Source: Haliotis cracherodii (Eukaryota). Taken from it: a DNA stretch of 64,000 nucleotides. Below are positions 1 through 13,269 of the stretch, piece after piece. Numbering within the stretch: position 1 is the first letter of the stretch; every line of letters begins with the position of its first letter. Made by a program: the position numbers and the translations under genes. The notes below the pieces were generated by a model that saw only the letters and a program-made list of their open reading frames with translations, made no database searches and had not been told where the DNA came from. The stretch is taken from contig NW_027266275.1 in assembly GCF_022045235.1 (NCBI RefSeq), forward strand, positions 16,182,001-16,246,000, in the 5' to 3' direction.

Positions 1-237
1 CTTTTGGCCCAGCAGTTTACATGAGGTAAGATATATTAATGCCATCGAAATAATTACCACTAGAATCATACCTCGTCTAGTAACCGCTATATGTTTCCAT
101 TTTTAGAAACTGACCTGTCACGTGGTCCTCCGGTATCCCCACCCATGGGGCGAAGTACCTGGACACAAAGTCGTACCCCCTCCCCTCCCCTCAGCGTCCA
201 CCGCTCCGTTAGACTGGGACCCCCTCAGCGTGATGAT

Positions 238-429
238 TAGTCCTGCACCATGACCGTGGAATATATTTATTTTATGAAAAAATAATAATCTAGAAATGCA
301 TACAAAAGCAAGTCTAGCCAGCTCAAGCTAGCTCTATTTCCATTGAAATCAGCATAGGGAATTTTTTTATTTTTAGAGTCAAGAAGGATATTGTGTAATA
401 TAAGATTTCAGAGACTAAATGTTAGTCTA
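238..429. mobile_element. 192-bp insertion with 9-bp target-site duplication inside PBLD-B exon 7
   Basis: CGTGATGAT occurs at 229-237 and 430-438; copy A has it once in the uninterrupted exon. The insert begins TAG and ends CTA. Confidence 0.8.
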
Positions 430-1221
430 CGTGATGATCACCCCCCTCATTTCCCCGTTCTCTCACTCTCCACCATACGGGGTAATCTGGGGCTCCCCAG
501 CTCCGACCTGCAGGGACACGCGGTAGTGTGTAGTTGCAAGGATTATTTTTAAAAAATAACCAAAAAACATCAAATACATTTACTTTACACTCAGTATGAA
601 GACCTCCAAAGTTATACATAGTTTATGATTTCTAAAAGATAAAGCTATCCGAGGGTCGATCACTTATTTAAAGAAATACGGCACTTTGAATTTTGTAAAT
701 AGCTTCTTACCTTGAGCAGCAGTCTGACAATCTGACCAGTAGGCTGTTAGTGGTGGGCGAGTATTGCACGTCTTGTATAAGTGACGAGTCTACCACCACC
801 TGTGACAGTCCAGCACAACAACACTCAGAACACCAACACAGCTGACTCCATGAGTATCAAGTTTGTTGACGCGTCATAGAGAGGATTCTTAGGATGGTAC
901 GCGTGTAACAAGGCCATGTTTGTGATCACATTTACAAAGTTAAGGTCTAAAAATGTGCCCATGACTGTAACCTACGCAACAACGGAACGAAGAACAAATA
1001 TTTCATTCGTGTTTTGTATATTTTGAATTGATATCTGTTTTCAGGTTTCCACACCCACCTTTAAAAGGTTCCCCAGCGCCGCTCTATCCTGTTAAAGAAA
1101 ACAAATGTATAAAAAAACGGATGTTGAATAACTCGAAATTAGCCCCTTAGCTGCCGGATGATTCATTGTGGTTTCCGTTTGGGTTCGAATCCCAGATGTT
1201 TTTATCAGGTATTATGAGGGC

Positions 1222-1381
1222 GTGAGTGTTATGGTTTTACGCCGCTTTTAGCAATATTCCAGCAATATCACGGCAGGGGACACCAGAAATGAGCTTCACA
1301 CATTGTACCCATATCAGGAATCGAACCCGGGTCTTCGGCGTGACGAGCGATCGCTTTAACCACTAGGCTACCTGACCGCCC
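1222..1381 (-). mobile_element. tRNA(Asp)-like-headed SINE (family A)
   Basis: Minus strand GGGCGGTCAGGTAGCCTAGTGGTTAAAGCG..GTCACGCCGAAGACCCGGGTTCGATTCC (A and B boxes), followed by the shared GGAATATTGCTAAAAGCGGCGTAAAA tail. Many copies in the window. Confidence 0.8.
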
Positions 1382-1909
1382 TTCAGGAATTAAAACTATC
1401 CTGTACTCCTTGGTTTCACCGAAATTGTCCAAACTTAATCGTAATTCGACAAAGTAGAGACAATTTATGGATAACTTAATGAATCGTAATTCGGTAATGA
1501 AATCTGATATATTTTGTGTACATCTAACCTGTACCCGGTATTCACCAAAGGTCTGCCTATTCTACCCCGGAATCTTCACGGGTCAATTTTAGTCCTTTCT
1601 GCCCAATAACAATAATCTTATAGACTTATAGTCCATTTCTGAAATAGTATTTTGTACTTTAAAACTAACCCTGGCGGATTATTCATACTCTGAAGGGATG
1701 AAGGTTTGGCTGCGAGTATCACTGGATTCAGAGGTCACTCTGAAAGCTCTCAAGTTCAGAATGAGAAGCGGGCCTGGAGATGAGCTGCGCGTGAGGCTGT
1801 TAATCGGGACAAGACTGGTCAAAGGGGAGTAACTCTGACCTTTACGATGCCGATGGCAAGGGAAAACCTATCTGTTGCCCTAATCGTCTGTCACTTCTTC
1901 CAGAATGTT

Positions 1910-2148
1910 GCTTGGTTGGTTTGTTGTTTAACGCCGGACTCAGCAATATTCCAGCTATATGACGGCGGTCTGTAAATAATCGCGTCTGGACCAGACAATC
2001 CAGTGATTTATATCATGAGCATCGATCCACGCAATTGGGATCGATGACATGCATCAACCAAGTCAGCGAGCCTGACCACCCGATCCCGTTAGTCGCCTTT
2101 AACGACAAGCATAGTCGCCTTTTACGGAAAGAATGGGTTGCTGAAGAT
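1910..2148 (-). mobile_element. ~300-bp SINE-like retroposon (family B, (CAAA)n tail); other copies at ~4175-4410, 8610-8833, 12400-12640, 21950-22310, 23645-23830, 33700-33845, 33990-34145, 58235-58508
   Basis: Repeated near-identical sequence CAGCAATATTCCAGCTATATGACGGCGGTCTGTAAATAATCGAGTCTGGACCAGACAATCCAGTG...GTTAGTCGCC, found in both orientations. Confidence 0.8.
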
Positions 2149-2760
2149 ATTTATTATTAAATACTTTAATCCGACTACCCAGCTTCTTGAACAGAACTGC
2201 AGTGGAGCCTAGAGTTGCATGGCCACAGAGATTTATTTCCGTCTTTAGGGTGAACCATCGCAGGCAAAACCTAGACCCTGTGGCATACAACATAGACTCG
2301 ATGTAGGTTAGGGGGCACTTCAAAAATTCAACGTCGGATACCCTAGTTGTGAAGAGCTGCGAAAATTTTCATTTTTATTTCATCACGTCGGGTGTTCCTC
2401 CCATGGTGACCCGACAGTTACTCGCCGTGATTAATACAGTTCGAAGCACCGTTAAACCCAACTCGCTCATCACCATAACAACAGGTTCCTTGTCTCAGTA
2501 GCTGATTCCTAAGGCTGTTACTTAAGAACAACGACCCCGATCCACATTACGTGTTTTGAAGCTCTCGTCATCCCCGTCGCTGAAGATGAAGCCTGTGGTC
2601 GGCATATTCGTCTCTATAGCAACCTTCTGCATTTGTTTGTCGGTTAGATTCTGCGCAGAATGATGGTAATACTAGAAATATACTGATACTGATACTGAAC
2701 TCTAAAAACTGAGACAGATATTTGATATATTCTATTTGAAGGAACCGTAGACCATAATTA

Positions 2761-2824
2761 GTGGAGAGGTGAGGTGAAATGGGGTTTAACGTCGCGTCCA
2801 AGATATAGCGACGTGCATACACGT

Positions 2825-2855
<31 letters not shown>

Positions 2856-3022
2856 GCTGCTTGTACTAGTCCGGACTTTATCCGATTTATAGTGCTTGCC
2901 CACTGAAATACCATGTCGCAGTTTAACATTAATAACTCACTCAGACACAGTATACTGACTCCGAGCTGACCGATCCTTGTTTTATCTCCTTAATGTCGAG
3001 TCTTTTGGTATGATGCGGCCGG
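2761..3022 (-). mobile_element. SINE family D with internal (CA)n; copies at ~18100-18400 and 30670-30993
   Basis: Shared GTGAGGTGAAATGGGGTTTAACG..(GT)n..CTAGTCCGGACT..CACTCAGACACAGTATACTGACTCCGAGCTGACC. From memory, the central part resembles the Meta/MESC domain of mollusc SINEs (not verified). Confidence 0.7.
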
Positions 3023-3030
3023 GCCATAAT

Positions 3031-3078
<48 letters not shown>

Positions 3079-4618
3079 AGCTTTCACGAGTGAAGATTTG
3101 AGTAAAGGCATCCGAGGAATCGAGGTTACAGAAAGACAACATAGAATAAGACCCGGCTCTGGTATCCTATATAGTATTCTTTATATAAACTGTGCCCTGA
3201 TTATTTTCACTATATCTTTATCATTGATAGAACAGAAGGTATGTCGACATTTTTCAATGTAATTTTGAACCCTAATTTACGTTTTCTATGTATCTATCCA
3301 TCCATCCGTCTGTATCGGGGTATCGCCGGCCACTACCTGCACGTGAGCCACAGTCTCGTATTCTGATACAAGATCGGGGTAATTCGGTCACGAGTTTTCA
3401 CGATCTACTTTTGCCGACTGGTTATACGACAAATGTCACATTAGCTGAGCCTGATGAATGAATACACGTGTTTACCGTATTGTAAATGGACACCGGGCAT
3501 ACTGCCGCGGGGTTGCCACTGAAAGAAGGCTTTGTGAAAGCATCTACGAAATATATTGGTAGTTCGGACATGGCCGACCTCCTAGTATAACCTTGACCTT
3601 TTCTTGTCAGGTTGCTGTGTTTGCTTAAAGGGATGGCAGAGATATATGTCAAGCCTTCGTGTTGACTTGAATATCAAGATCTTGAAGATAGTCTTCTAAA
3701 GGCTCGATTTATGCATTCGTTCCGAAAATCATGTAAATGTATGTTTTCAGAATTTTTAACATGTTACTTGCGGTAGATATAAACAGTAATATTTACACAT
3801 TCTATCTATGTTTATCTGTTTATTTTACGTGGCTATGCGGAAACACGCCTGGAAACTCAAATGGTACAATTTGGGCTTCGTCACTTCGTGTAAACCACAG
3901 TATTAGCCCTGCATATATTTGTTGCTGTTAATGTTTCTGGCAGTTGGATCAATGTCAATGAATAATAACTGAACATTATTTTGGCTTACTCTTTTTAATA
4001 ATAACAAAAGATCCAAACACAAAGACGAAGAAATACAACCGATGAAATAAAAAAAAAAATAAAACAAAACAGTAATATGATACCATACGGGATGTGTTAA
4101 ATAACATGCATTTAAAAGTCTTGCAGGAATGAACCACGTATCCAGTACTATCCACCGATGTCCGTCTTAAACAAAAGATCCGGGTTAGAATAGGTCTTCA
4201 GCATCCCATGCTTGTCGCGTAAGAGGCGACTTACGGGATCGGGTGGTCAGGCTCGCTGATGCATGTCATCGTGTCCCTATTTCGTAGATCGATGCTCTTG
4301 ATATCAATCACTGTATTGTCTGGTTCAAACTCCATTATTTACAGACCGCAGTCATATAGCTGGGATATTGCTGAGTGTGGCGTTAAGCAACATACAAACA
4401 GACAAACAAATCTTAAACAAACGATAACATTCACATACGACCGCTGCAAACAACAAACATGACCACAACCAGACACACGGGTATACCAGCATATACAATT
4501 TGATTACATATTATCTATTTCAAATACCATGAAACCATACATACAATGTCGTTTTCTGATATAAAACATGCATGCAGACTAAATATTGAAAAATATTCCC
4601 CTGTAAGTCGAGGTTGAA

Positions 4619-4851
4619 TCATATTTCAAGTGTCCCCGTCATAATGATGGCAGCGTCCCCTGCCAGGTGTACCCGCTCCCCCGCCACCCTCAGGTGTATG
4701 TCCCCACCCCGGGGCGAGCACTGGCGAGCTGGAAACACAAACAAATCATGCAGTATGCAATATCAACACTCTGCATTAAACTGTTATACTAATCAAAAGA
4801 AGTTCTTTAAAACAACACCAAATTCGGGTCTAGCTTGATACCGAATAAAGC

Positions 4852-4885
<34 letters not shown>

Positions 4886-7800
4886 GGAATATAATTACAG
4901 AGTGACGTCACGTGACTCACCGTAAAGCTCGTGTTTGTCCAGCTGTTTTGACCAGTAACTGGCCAGTACTGTGTGGGCCGACCCTGAAACATTGCCCATC
5001 AACATAACCTCATTTATAGAAAATAAGCAAGTCTTGCTTGACAACGGTATAAGGATCTATACCGAAACGTCGCTTTTTACAGTATTAAAGAAGTTGTTAT
5101 CCATAAATTGTGTCTACTTTATCATCTAATATTTCGTTTATACTTGCCTGTGATACTGGTTTTACATCTATACGGAGCTAGAACCCTTTTGAGAACGTCT
5201 ATACATACATATGCGTCACTCAATATGTGTTGTCTGAGTTTTTTCCATGAAAACACAAACAGCATGAAAGCACAATTAGGCTCAAAACAATAACTAAAAA
5301 AACAGAAAAGTGCTGGTTTAAAATAAATGAACAGCAGAGGAAAATAACCATACGTTACAATTTAAACTGACCCGTGACAGGGTCCTCCGGTATCCCCACC
5401 CACGGGGCGAAGTACCTGGACACAAAGTCGTACCCCCGCCCCTCAGCGTCCACCGCTCCGTTAGACTGGGACCCCCTCAGCGTGATGATCACCCCCCTCA
5501 CTTTGCCTGTTCTCTCACTCTCCACCATACGGGGTATCTGCGGCTGTAGGCTCTCCAGCTCCGATCTGCAGGGACACGTGGTAGGGTGTAGTTGCAAGGA
5601 TTATACGATTTGTTTTTATTATTTCTGAAATTTTCACATTCATTTATTGGCTCAGAATTTTAGCGTGTTTTTCACCCTCTATAATACACTATTTTTAGAT
5701 CACCTGGTCTGAAAAGCCATGTGAGCTCATATCGTCGTCCGTCGTCCGTCGTCTATAAACCGTGAAGCTAACAGGCCAGTATGACGTCAGAAGTGATAAT
5801 CTGTGGCGTTACGACATTTTACGTCAACAATAAAAGTGTGTCCCGCGAGCCAATTAAAATATGGGGAATATTCACAATGGTGCCATACACAGCTGCATAT
5901 AGGGCTCTTTCTTTTCTTTCATTAGTGTTTGTAAGATACGAATTAGAGCAAGGGAAATACATAGATTTCGTAAGATCAGGATAATCATAATGATCACATT
6001 ATATTTATTCCACACTTTACTATTATTAGCTGTAGTGATGATATGTTGTGTTCTATATTATGCACTCGGTATACGTATGTCGTCAACAGTGACTGTTTAT
6101 GAGGCCTTTACTATTGTGACGTCATTACAAATTACATCAAAAATGGCTTTTGCAATTCGTCACGAATGCTGTAAAGCACGTGAAATCATTGCTTCAGACT
6201 GATCCGAAGATTAATATTAACTCGCTTATTTTGAACCATATAATACATATGTAATGTGGAAGGTAAGCACGAGGAAGACGTATTGTTATAACGACAGTTT
6301 TGTTACGTCCTGCTCTCAGTAAGTATGTTCCTCCTAAATACTGATTTTATTTAACGTTCATGGTACAAAGTCAATAAATATTTCGTTTTGTAAGTTTTGC
6401 GTGATGTTATTTAAGAATTGACCTTCACTTTGTTTGGCCCTCACTCTATGCAGGTTGAACTATGAACTCACACAAAGTGAAAGTCAATTCTTATAATTTT
6501 TTATCACAATTTCTTTCCTCAAAGGACGTAGGCCAAGATCTAAAAACAATTTTATTAGTACGTGTGACTTCATGTTTACACTAACAGCCAAACAACAACC
6601 AGCTATATCGCGGAATAAAATAGTTCCCCAAAAAGAGAGGTGACATGAGCGTATGGATGCAGAACTTGCTCTTCAGAAACATCTTACGCAACACATGTGT
6701 TCATATAATATCCCCATTAGATGAGAAAGGTCTGTAATGAACTACCTCAGTAAGTCAGTAACAATGGCAGCGCGTCGTAATACATTTACATCAAGTACAA
6801 GACGTCAAAATGGCCGACACGATAAACGTGACGGGAGCATTTCCGAAGTTGTTAATGAACCTGTGGCGGTTACATGTGTTAGTCATAATTGATCAACTGA
6901 CCGATTATTGAAAGGTGATTAAAGATGCGTCAAACAGATACCAAGGTAAATTCGTAGATTGCAGGAGACGGTCACTGTCAGCCTAGACACAGATCGAGTC
7001 GATACTGACGATAGTTTGGATGTGCATTTTTTCGTTTGTTCATTAGGATGGGCCGTAGCGAGGAAATTCGTGAACAATCATGCAGTCAAGCTCTCTTACG
7101 TTTCTCAATGTATACTGAAATGCTGAGACCAAGATTAAAGGTTCTAAATGATCAGAAATAATGCTTATGTATGTTTTCGAGCTAGGGAATTCCCAGGGGT
7201 TTCCCAAGGAATGTGGAAGTAGTCCGTCGGTGTTTACGTCATTTCAAGAACACTGTCTCGTGAAAAACGTATGAACGTCAAATTGTGTTGTTCATACACT
7301 TATGAACGTCAACTTAGCGGTGTATGTGACCGACCTCTCGTCCAATGGAAAAGCCGTATATCGTGTAAACGTCAAATAAAAAAAATATTCCTGAATGTTT
7401 GTACGGAAAACTATGACCGTTCTGGGGGAAGCTAAAAGCGTCACATGACGTCGACAACAAATTATGACGTCATCATCTTTTGTGACGTCAATACACTATG
7501 CCAACAATGGTATCTGCATTTACGTAACAAGCTATACAGCTCGTGTATCACAGGTGTGCTTCATAGGGGTAGCAAATGTATGCACGTGCGTAACAATTGG
7601 TCCGACTTACCGTGTCACGGAGTCCGACAACCGGACCACCAGCTTCTTGGTTGTGGGGGAGTATTCCAGATCTTGAATCAGTGACGGGTCTACAACAACC
7701 TGACAAGAACACGGATTGAGGACGTATTAAACTTAGCTTTGCTGTCCAGTGAAACTGTGTTAATCTGGCCAGTGATAAACCAAATTTGTGGAGTAACGTC

Positions 7801-8552
7801 CCTTATGATGATATATACTGATGATTTACTATTGGAGTGGTACTGGTGATGATAAACACGATGATGAAACCTTTAAAACAATATCCAAACATGTTCCTTG
7901 AAATCACAATCGTCTATTTTAATCATCTCCCCGAGGCAATGGCGTTAACTGACTGTAAAAGTCCAGTTTCCACCCTTGTCGAGATTGGCTTGAATTCCGG
8001 AGTTACATTCTGGCTCAACAAACGAGTCTATGCACAGTCTATGCATACCAGTACGAGTCTATGCAAAGTCCAATCAAAATCACGTAACGTGCAGATTTCG
8101 GTCGACTGCAGGATTTGCAAAGCATGTGTGAATTAATTATATATAATATTAATTAATTATAGTCAGTTAACGCCCCTGCCTCGGGAGGATGACTGTTATC
8201 GCTTTTGTATGTTTCTTCCGAACATACCTTAAGGAGATTTTCCATTTCAGATCTATCCTGTAATAAAAAAACCGAAATTTATTTGTTCCTTATATTGTTT
8301 GAATCAATGTTCATTTAATGGGAAGCTTGCTTTTCATGTATACTAGTATATATTGCAGAAGTGTACACTTGTTTATTAATAATCAACTTTTAAACCACTC
8401 GGCCAGTATAAGGGAGACAACTCTCGATACTGATGTTCGCTGTTCATCCATTCATATTCATTTCTACAGGGCAGCGCTGAAACAAAATGGTCAGCGGTAG
8501 CTTCTTACTTAAACATTAACTTTGTTTGTTTAGATGTTTGTTTGGTGGTTTT

Positions 8553-8614
<62 letters not shown>

Positions 8615-11600
8615 TCCAGCTATATGACGGCGATCTGTAAATAATCGAGTCTGAACCAATCCAGTGATTGATCGTAATCATCGATCTACGCAACTTGGAT
8701 ACGATGACGTGCATCAACCAAGTCAGCGATCCTGACCAGCCAATCATGTTAGTCGCCTCTTACGACAAGCATAGTCGCCTCTTACGGCAAGCATGGGTTG
8801 CTGAAAACTATTCTAACCCGGCTCTTCACGGGTATAAACATTAACAATATATACTACAGCTAATTCTCCATTACTGAGGACACCCTGGAGTAACCCCGAT
8901 GTTGTATCTCCACTCTCATTTATCCAGATAATACGCCAACACACTGGATAATCGAGGGTAATGACAAGTAGCAGCACATCACCTGTTCCTCAGAAGGGTT
9001 CAAGGGAAAGTCCATGGAGATTAACTTGTCCTGTCGACGTGTGGTTAATATCCCGCTCAATGTGTCGAAACTTATTTCTTGTGACTCATTTCCTGAAAAA
9101 TGACGCAACTTCCGATTAAGGGGATTAAGTTTTTAACTATAGCATATGGTTCATTAACACGTTTGAATATGTTCNNNNNNNNNNNNNNNNNNNNNNNNNN
9201 NNNNNNNNNNNNNNNNNNNNNNNNNNNNNNNNNNNNNNNNNNNNNNNNNNNNNNNNNNNNNNNNNNNNNNNNNNNNNNNNNNNNNNNNNNNNNNNNNNNN
9301 NNNNNNNNNNNNNNNNNNNNNNNNNNNNNNNNNNNNNNNNNNNNNNACCCTACCCCACTCTCCCTTCCTCTACCTACACCCATTCACCATACCATGCTGT
9401 GTCCAGTCTACCACACTACCCCCAGCATCACCAACGCCCCTCAACCTTACACCCGACAAGACCCGGCCACCTACCCTATGGCCCTACCCACAACACCCCA
9501 CTCATCTTTTCCTTTTCCACTAAGCCCTACCTATCTTGTTGAAGAGGACAGCAGCCGACCCAAGCGTTGCATGGCCACAGAGATTCACTTCGGTCTTGGG
9601 CGTGAACCACCGCAGGCCAAACCTGCAATCTGGAAAATGCATTGTTTCCACCAATTCCTTTGATATAGTATTCTATTCTAATCAAGTAAACGTGTAGTAT
9701 AATATAGTATGAATGTAGCTCAACCACTAACCCGAGTGTAAATGGTGGAGTTAACGCTCGGTTTGAAATGGAGCCAAGTGGCTGGGATTCCTAACATACA
9801 CGTTAGAAGGTGTATGTATAATGAGTGAGTGAGTGAGTGAGTGATGTTTTACGCCGCTTTTAGCAATATTCCAGCAATATCACGGCGGGGGACACCAGAA
9901 ATGGGCTTCACACATTGTACCCATGTCGGGTCTTCGGTGTGAAGAGCGAACGCTTTAACCACTAGGCTACCCGACCGCCCGTATGTATAATGAGAAAATA
10001 TGTATAATCCTTGAAAATGTCAAACTTATCTTTCGGGTTTTTTTTAGAATAGAAAGAATAGAACACTTTGATTTCAATGACTATGTATGGCGATTAAAGC
10101 CAGAAGAAAATCATCAGTGGTAGACGCCATGTGTCTGACATGTCTACTTAGTGAGAGGTAAAGTCATGTCATTTCAGGGGATATGAATAAAGACATGACC
10201 ACTCAATTTCAGGGATTATGCATATTCCCTTGACAGAATCAGGCATTGCACATTCTCTGAGAACTTCAGGGGTGAACTATAAAATTGAAACTACATAATG
10301 AGGGTTCATGGACATGTTAGCATTAAGATTTGTCAGGTTTCATAATCAGCTACCGGTAAGTGATGCGGTACTCTCAAGATACTGTTTTTTATTATGCTGC
10401 CGGCATTGCACGTGCGAGGGATTGAGCTGGACTCTCCGTTAGGTGTCGGCTTCATGGGATTAAAGCCACTGTTATAGACATTAGCCCCTTTGGTGAGATC
10501 AACGCGCACTCGTGTGGACAGACTAAGGATCATCCTCAGTGTGCGACTAGGATTGCACAGGGGCAGCGGATCCTGGTACGGCAGGGGGCAGCGACTCGTG
10601 TAATTCAATTTAAAAAGGCAGACATTTCATAACATCACAATTACTTTTCTTGAAGCTATCTTCATTCCCCTCACTGAAAACAAAAGCTGTCTCCGACAAG
10701 TTCATTTCAGCTGCGATCTTCTGCATCAATGTTGCTGTGAGATTCTTTGAAATAAAAAAAAACGCTTATTAAATTACATTATCAATACTTTGGGCCCTGT
10801 ATTTCTCCTACATCCACATATTACAACAGTTTATCGTTCTGTGATGATTCCAGCAAGTTAAATCTCACCGCAGTACATTTATAACTACCAAACTATTCTG
10901 GATAGTATAACAGAACATATAACTTTGATATACATTTACTATAATAGCCTCTAGAAGTTCGAAATTCTTCCACGACTCAACCTAACATAAATACTTGCTC
11001 ATGTTATGGCTATGCATACAGCTCCGGTTTGCAGAAACGAGTACACCTCGTTAGCTAAGGGAGACAACTCTAATCGCCATAACAAACCTAGGACCGCAGG
11101 GAAATGATACATATAATTCTTTAAATAAATGACGACTGTCGATACAATAAAATAGCTTAATGCTAAAGAATCCAGTCAACAAATAGAAAATGGCACTCCT
11201 GATCATAAATAACAGGAAAATACTGGTAAAATAAATCGAATTTATGTGAAAACTAGATACCTTGTGAAAAAAACACCACAAACTTTACATGTTTATTTTG
11301 AACTGAAAACGTTGTTAGTTCTCACGTAGTGTTTTGTAATTAATAGTATTAGGTGTCACCATAAATGCTTTGTGCAATGAATATGTAAGTATGTCTTATT
11401 TCATACCAAGTCATATTATAGTAGTATCAAGAATATCAGTATACGATATAAGGACTTAATTGACAGTCGTTTGTATGCGTTGTTTTATAATGAGAAGCAT
11501 GGACAAATAATAAGTTATTCATTTTATATTCATATTATTACATATTTAAATATGCAGTTAAATAAACCATGTTGTGTTTGGTAGAAACATGCAATTTCAG

Positions 11601-11936
11601 CCCTGGGGACTTGAAGTGGTTCTAAAATCGTATACTGCCAACGCGCCTTCGTGGTCACTCGTCAAACTGGGACAAACCCAATTCGGGTACCGGAAAAGGG
11701 CGAGTGGTGCCGAATGCGCAACATACCGACACTGAAAATCGGTCACATGGGCAGTGGCTGTCCAACTCAGTAAGCATCACATTGCTGAAATCAGCTGAGA
11801 CAGCTGTATAATAGGTCAAACGCATAGTCACCGTGCTGGTCGCTGAAACGAGGCAGACAGCCGCGGGGTTGCCACTGAATGCCGTCTTGGTGAACGCATC
11901 AACGCAAAAAACCGGGAGGCAAGTTGACTTGGACAT
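4619..11936 (-). CDS. PBLD: Phenazine biosynthesis-like domain protein (PhzF/PBLD family), 9 coding exons: 11832-11936, 10645-10744, 9531-9629, 8983-9092, 8228-8257, 7611-7699, 5372-5565, 4921-4983, 4619-4728; 299 aa
   Basis: All exons are GT-AG and phase-compatible, summing to 900 nt. Family motifs [21 protein letters not shown] (catalytic Glu), [32 protein letters not shown] and ARQCSPRGG are present. Stop TGA at 4619-4621. Confidence 0.95.
6412..6493. repeat. Short inverted-repeat (MITE-like) element
   Basis: TAAGAATTGACCTTCACTTTG ... CAAAGTGAAAGTCAATTCTTA, a 21-bp inverted repeat with 1 mismatch. Confidence 0.6.
9175..9346. other. Assembly gap (N run) in PBLD intron 3
   Basis: 172 Ns. 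Confidence 0.99.
9826..9980 (-). mobile_element. SINE family A with 14-bp TSD
   Basis: GTATGTATAATGAG flanks both sides (9812-9825, 9981-9994); (TCAC)n tail. Confidence 0.85.
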
Positions 11937-13269
11937 GGTTGACAAATCCCATACAGCCTTGACCTTCTGACGGGTTTACATTGTATTTAGGTCTTCGTGG
12001 AAAAGTACTTTTATTGTATGTTGTTGTTTTTTTAATGTAATTTAATATGTGGGTCTGGTTAATAACAAATGTGCTATTTTGTGTCATTTCCATAAAACGT
12101 ATGATACACAAAAAACTTATAATTTAGATGTACTTTACTCATTTTTCTCTTTTCAAAATAAGACCTAACGTTATACAGTGCCGTAGCCAGCGCGGGGTGT
12201 GTGTGTTAGTTTTTATAGAAAACAGTTTGATTTGAATCATGAAAATACAAGTTTGGGACAAGTGATACTTGTACAAATATTTGCCACCCCCCTGTCAAAA
12301 AACGTTAACTACGGCCTTGTTATATCTTCTGTCAGAACTTTCAGATAATCGGTATTACAAATCATCGACATCTATGATTATGATGACGATAGTATTTGAT
12401 ATTATTTGTTTGTTGTTTCACACCGCACTCAGCAATATCCCAGCTATATGACGGCGGTCTGTAAATAATCGAGTCTGGACCAGACAATTCAGTGATCCAG
12501 CATCGATCCACGTAATTGGGATACGATGACATGCATCGACAATGTCAGCGAGCCTGGCCACCTGATCCTGTTAGTCGCCTCTTACGGCAAGCATGGGTTG
12601 CTGAAGCCATATTCTACCCAGGGGTAAAATTCTTCATGGGTAGTATTTTATATTAAGAATTTTGTATTAGGATAGTTGTTCCCTTAGTAAAGGGGCAGAA
12701 TAAGCCTTTGTATAAAGTGATTGCTACAAGCGCCGACTAACATTGGGACCGAGTGGTGGCAATGTTGACATTGCAGACTGAGTGACACTGTACGCCGATG
12801 TCCGTGCCGATTGCGCATGATATCCACCATCGGTTTGACGTGTCAAGACGTTTCTTTATGTTGGTGTGATCTAACACTTCACTATTGCAGCTAGCCCCAG
12901 TGGCCTGTCTGTATTGAGACTGGTATGAGGAACTCGATTCGGTTATTAATGTAAGACCGACTAGATGACCCCAGTCCCATGGACCCGGGTTAGAATAGGA
13001 CCCCCAGAACCTGTGAGAGGCTACAAAGTTCGATGACTTGTGTCATTGCGCGTCATCACACACTGACGGCGACGGACGTCGCCCATTATATCAACCACTA
13101 GTCTGTTTGGCACATGCTCGATTTTTTACAGGTCGTCGTGATATAGTTTAATTTTCTTTTACAATTTTTATGTCTGAATGTGCTGCCATTTTGTAGTACA
13201 CGATAATCCGCTCTGGACCAAGGTACGGTGTATAGCCACTGTAACATGTCCTGGTGATTGCCATTAATA

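Larger units (their letters stand above)
115..3571 (-). pseudogene. PBLD/PhzF-like paralog B, disabled (exons 3476-3571, 2551-2650, 2179-2277, 1059-1088, 711-799, interrupted exon ~115-507; probably continues left of the window)
   Basis: GT-AG exons translate to [70 protein letters not shown] and [17 protein letters not shown], with the same exon phases as copy A and the same sizes for exons 2, 3, 5 and 6. The exon-7 equivalent has a 1-nt deletion giving TGA, a 5-nt insertion and a 192-bp insertion. No exon-4 equivalent was found in 1091-2176. Confidence 0.85.

Noticed and set aside
1145-1197. tRNA-Sec-like fragment (GCCGGATGAT...GGTTCGAATCCC)
   Set aside because: Too short, with no anticodon or variable arm; probably a decayed SINE head.
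1690-1910. Candidate exon 4 of PBLD-B (weak RR...FPL.PS or ...PSE similarity)
   Set aside because: Wrong spacing and phase, and no compatible splice sites; treated as chance similarity.
9072-9663. ORFs spanning the N run
   Set aside because: Artefacts of the assembly gap; the real content is PBLD exons 3 and 4.
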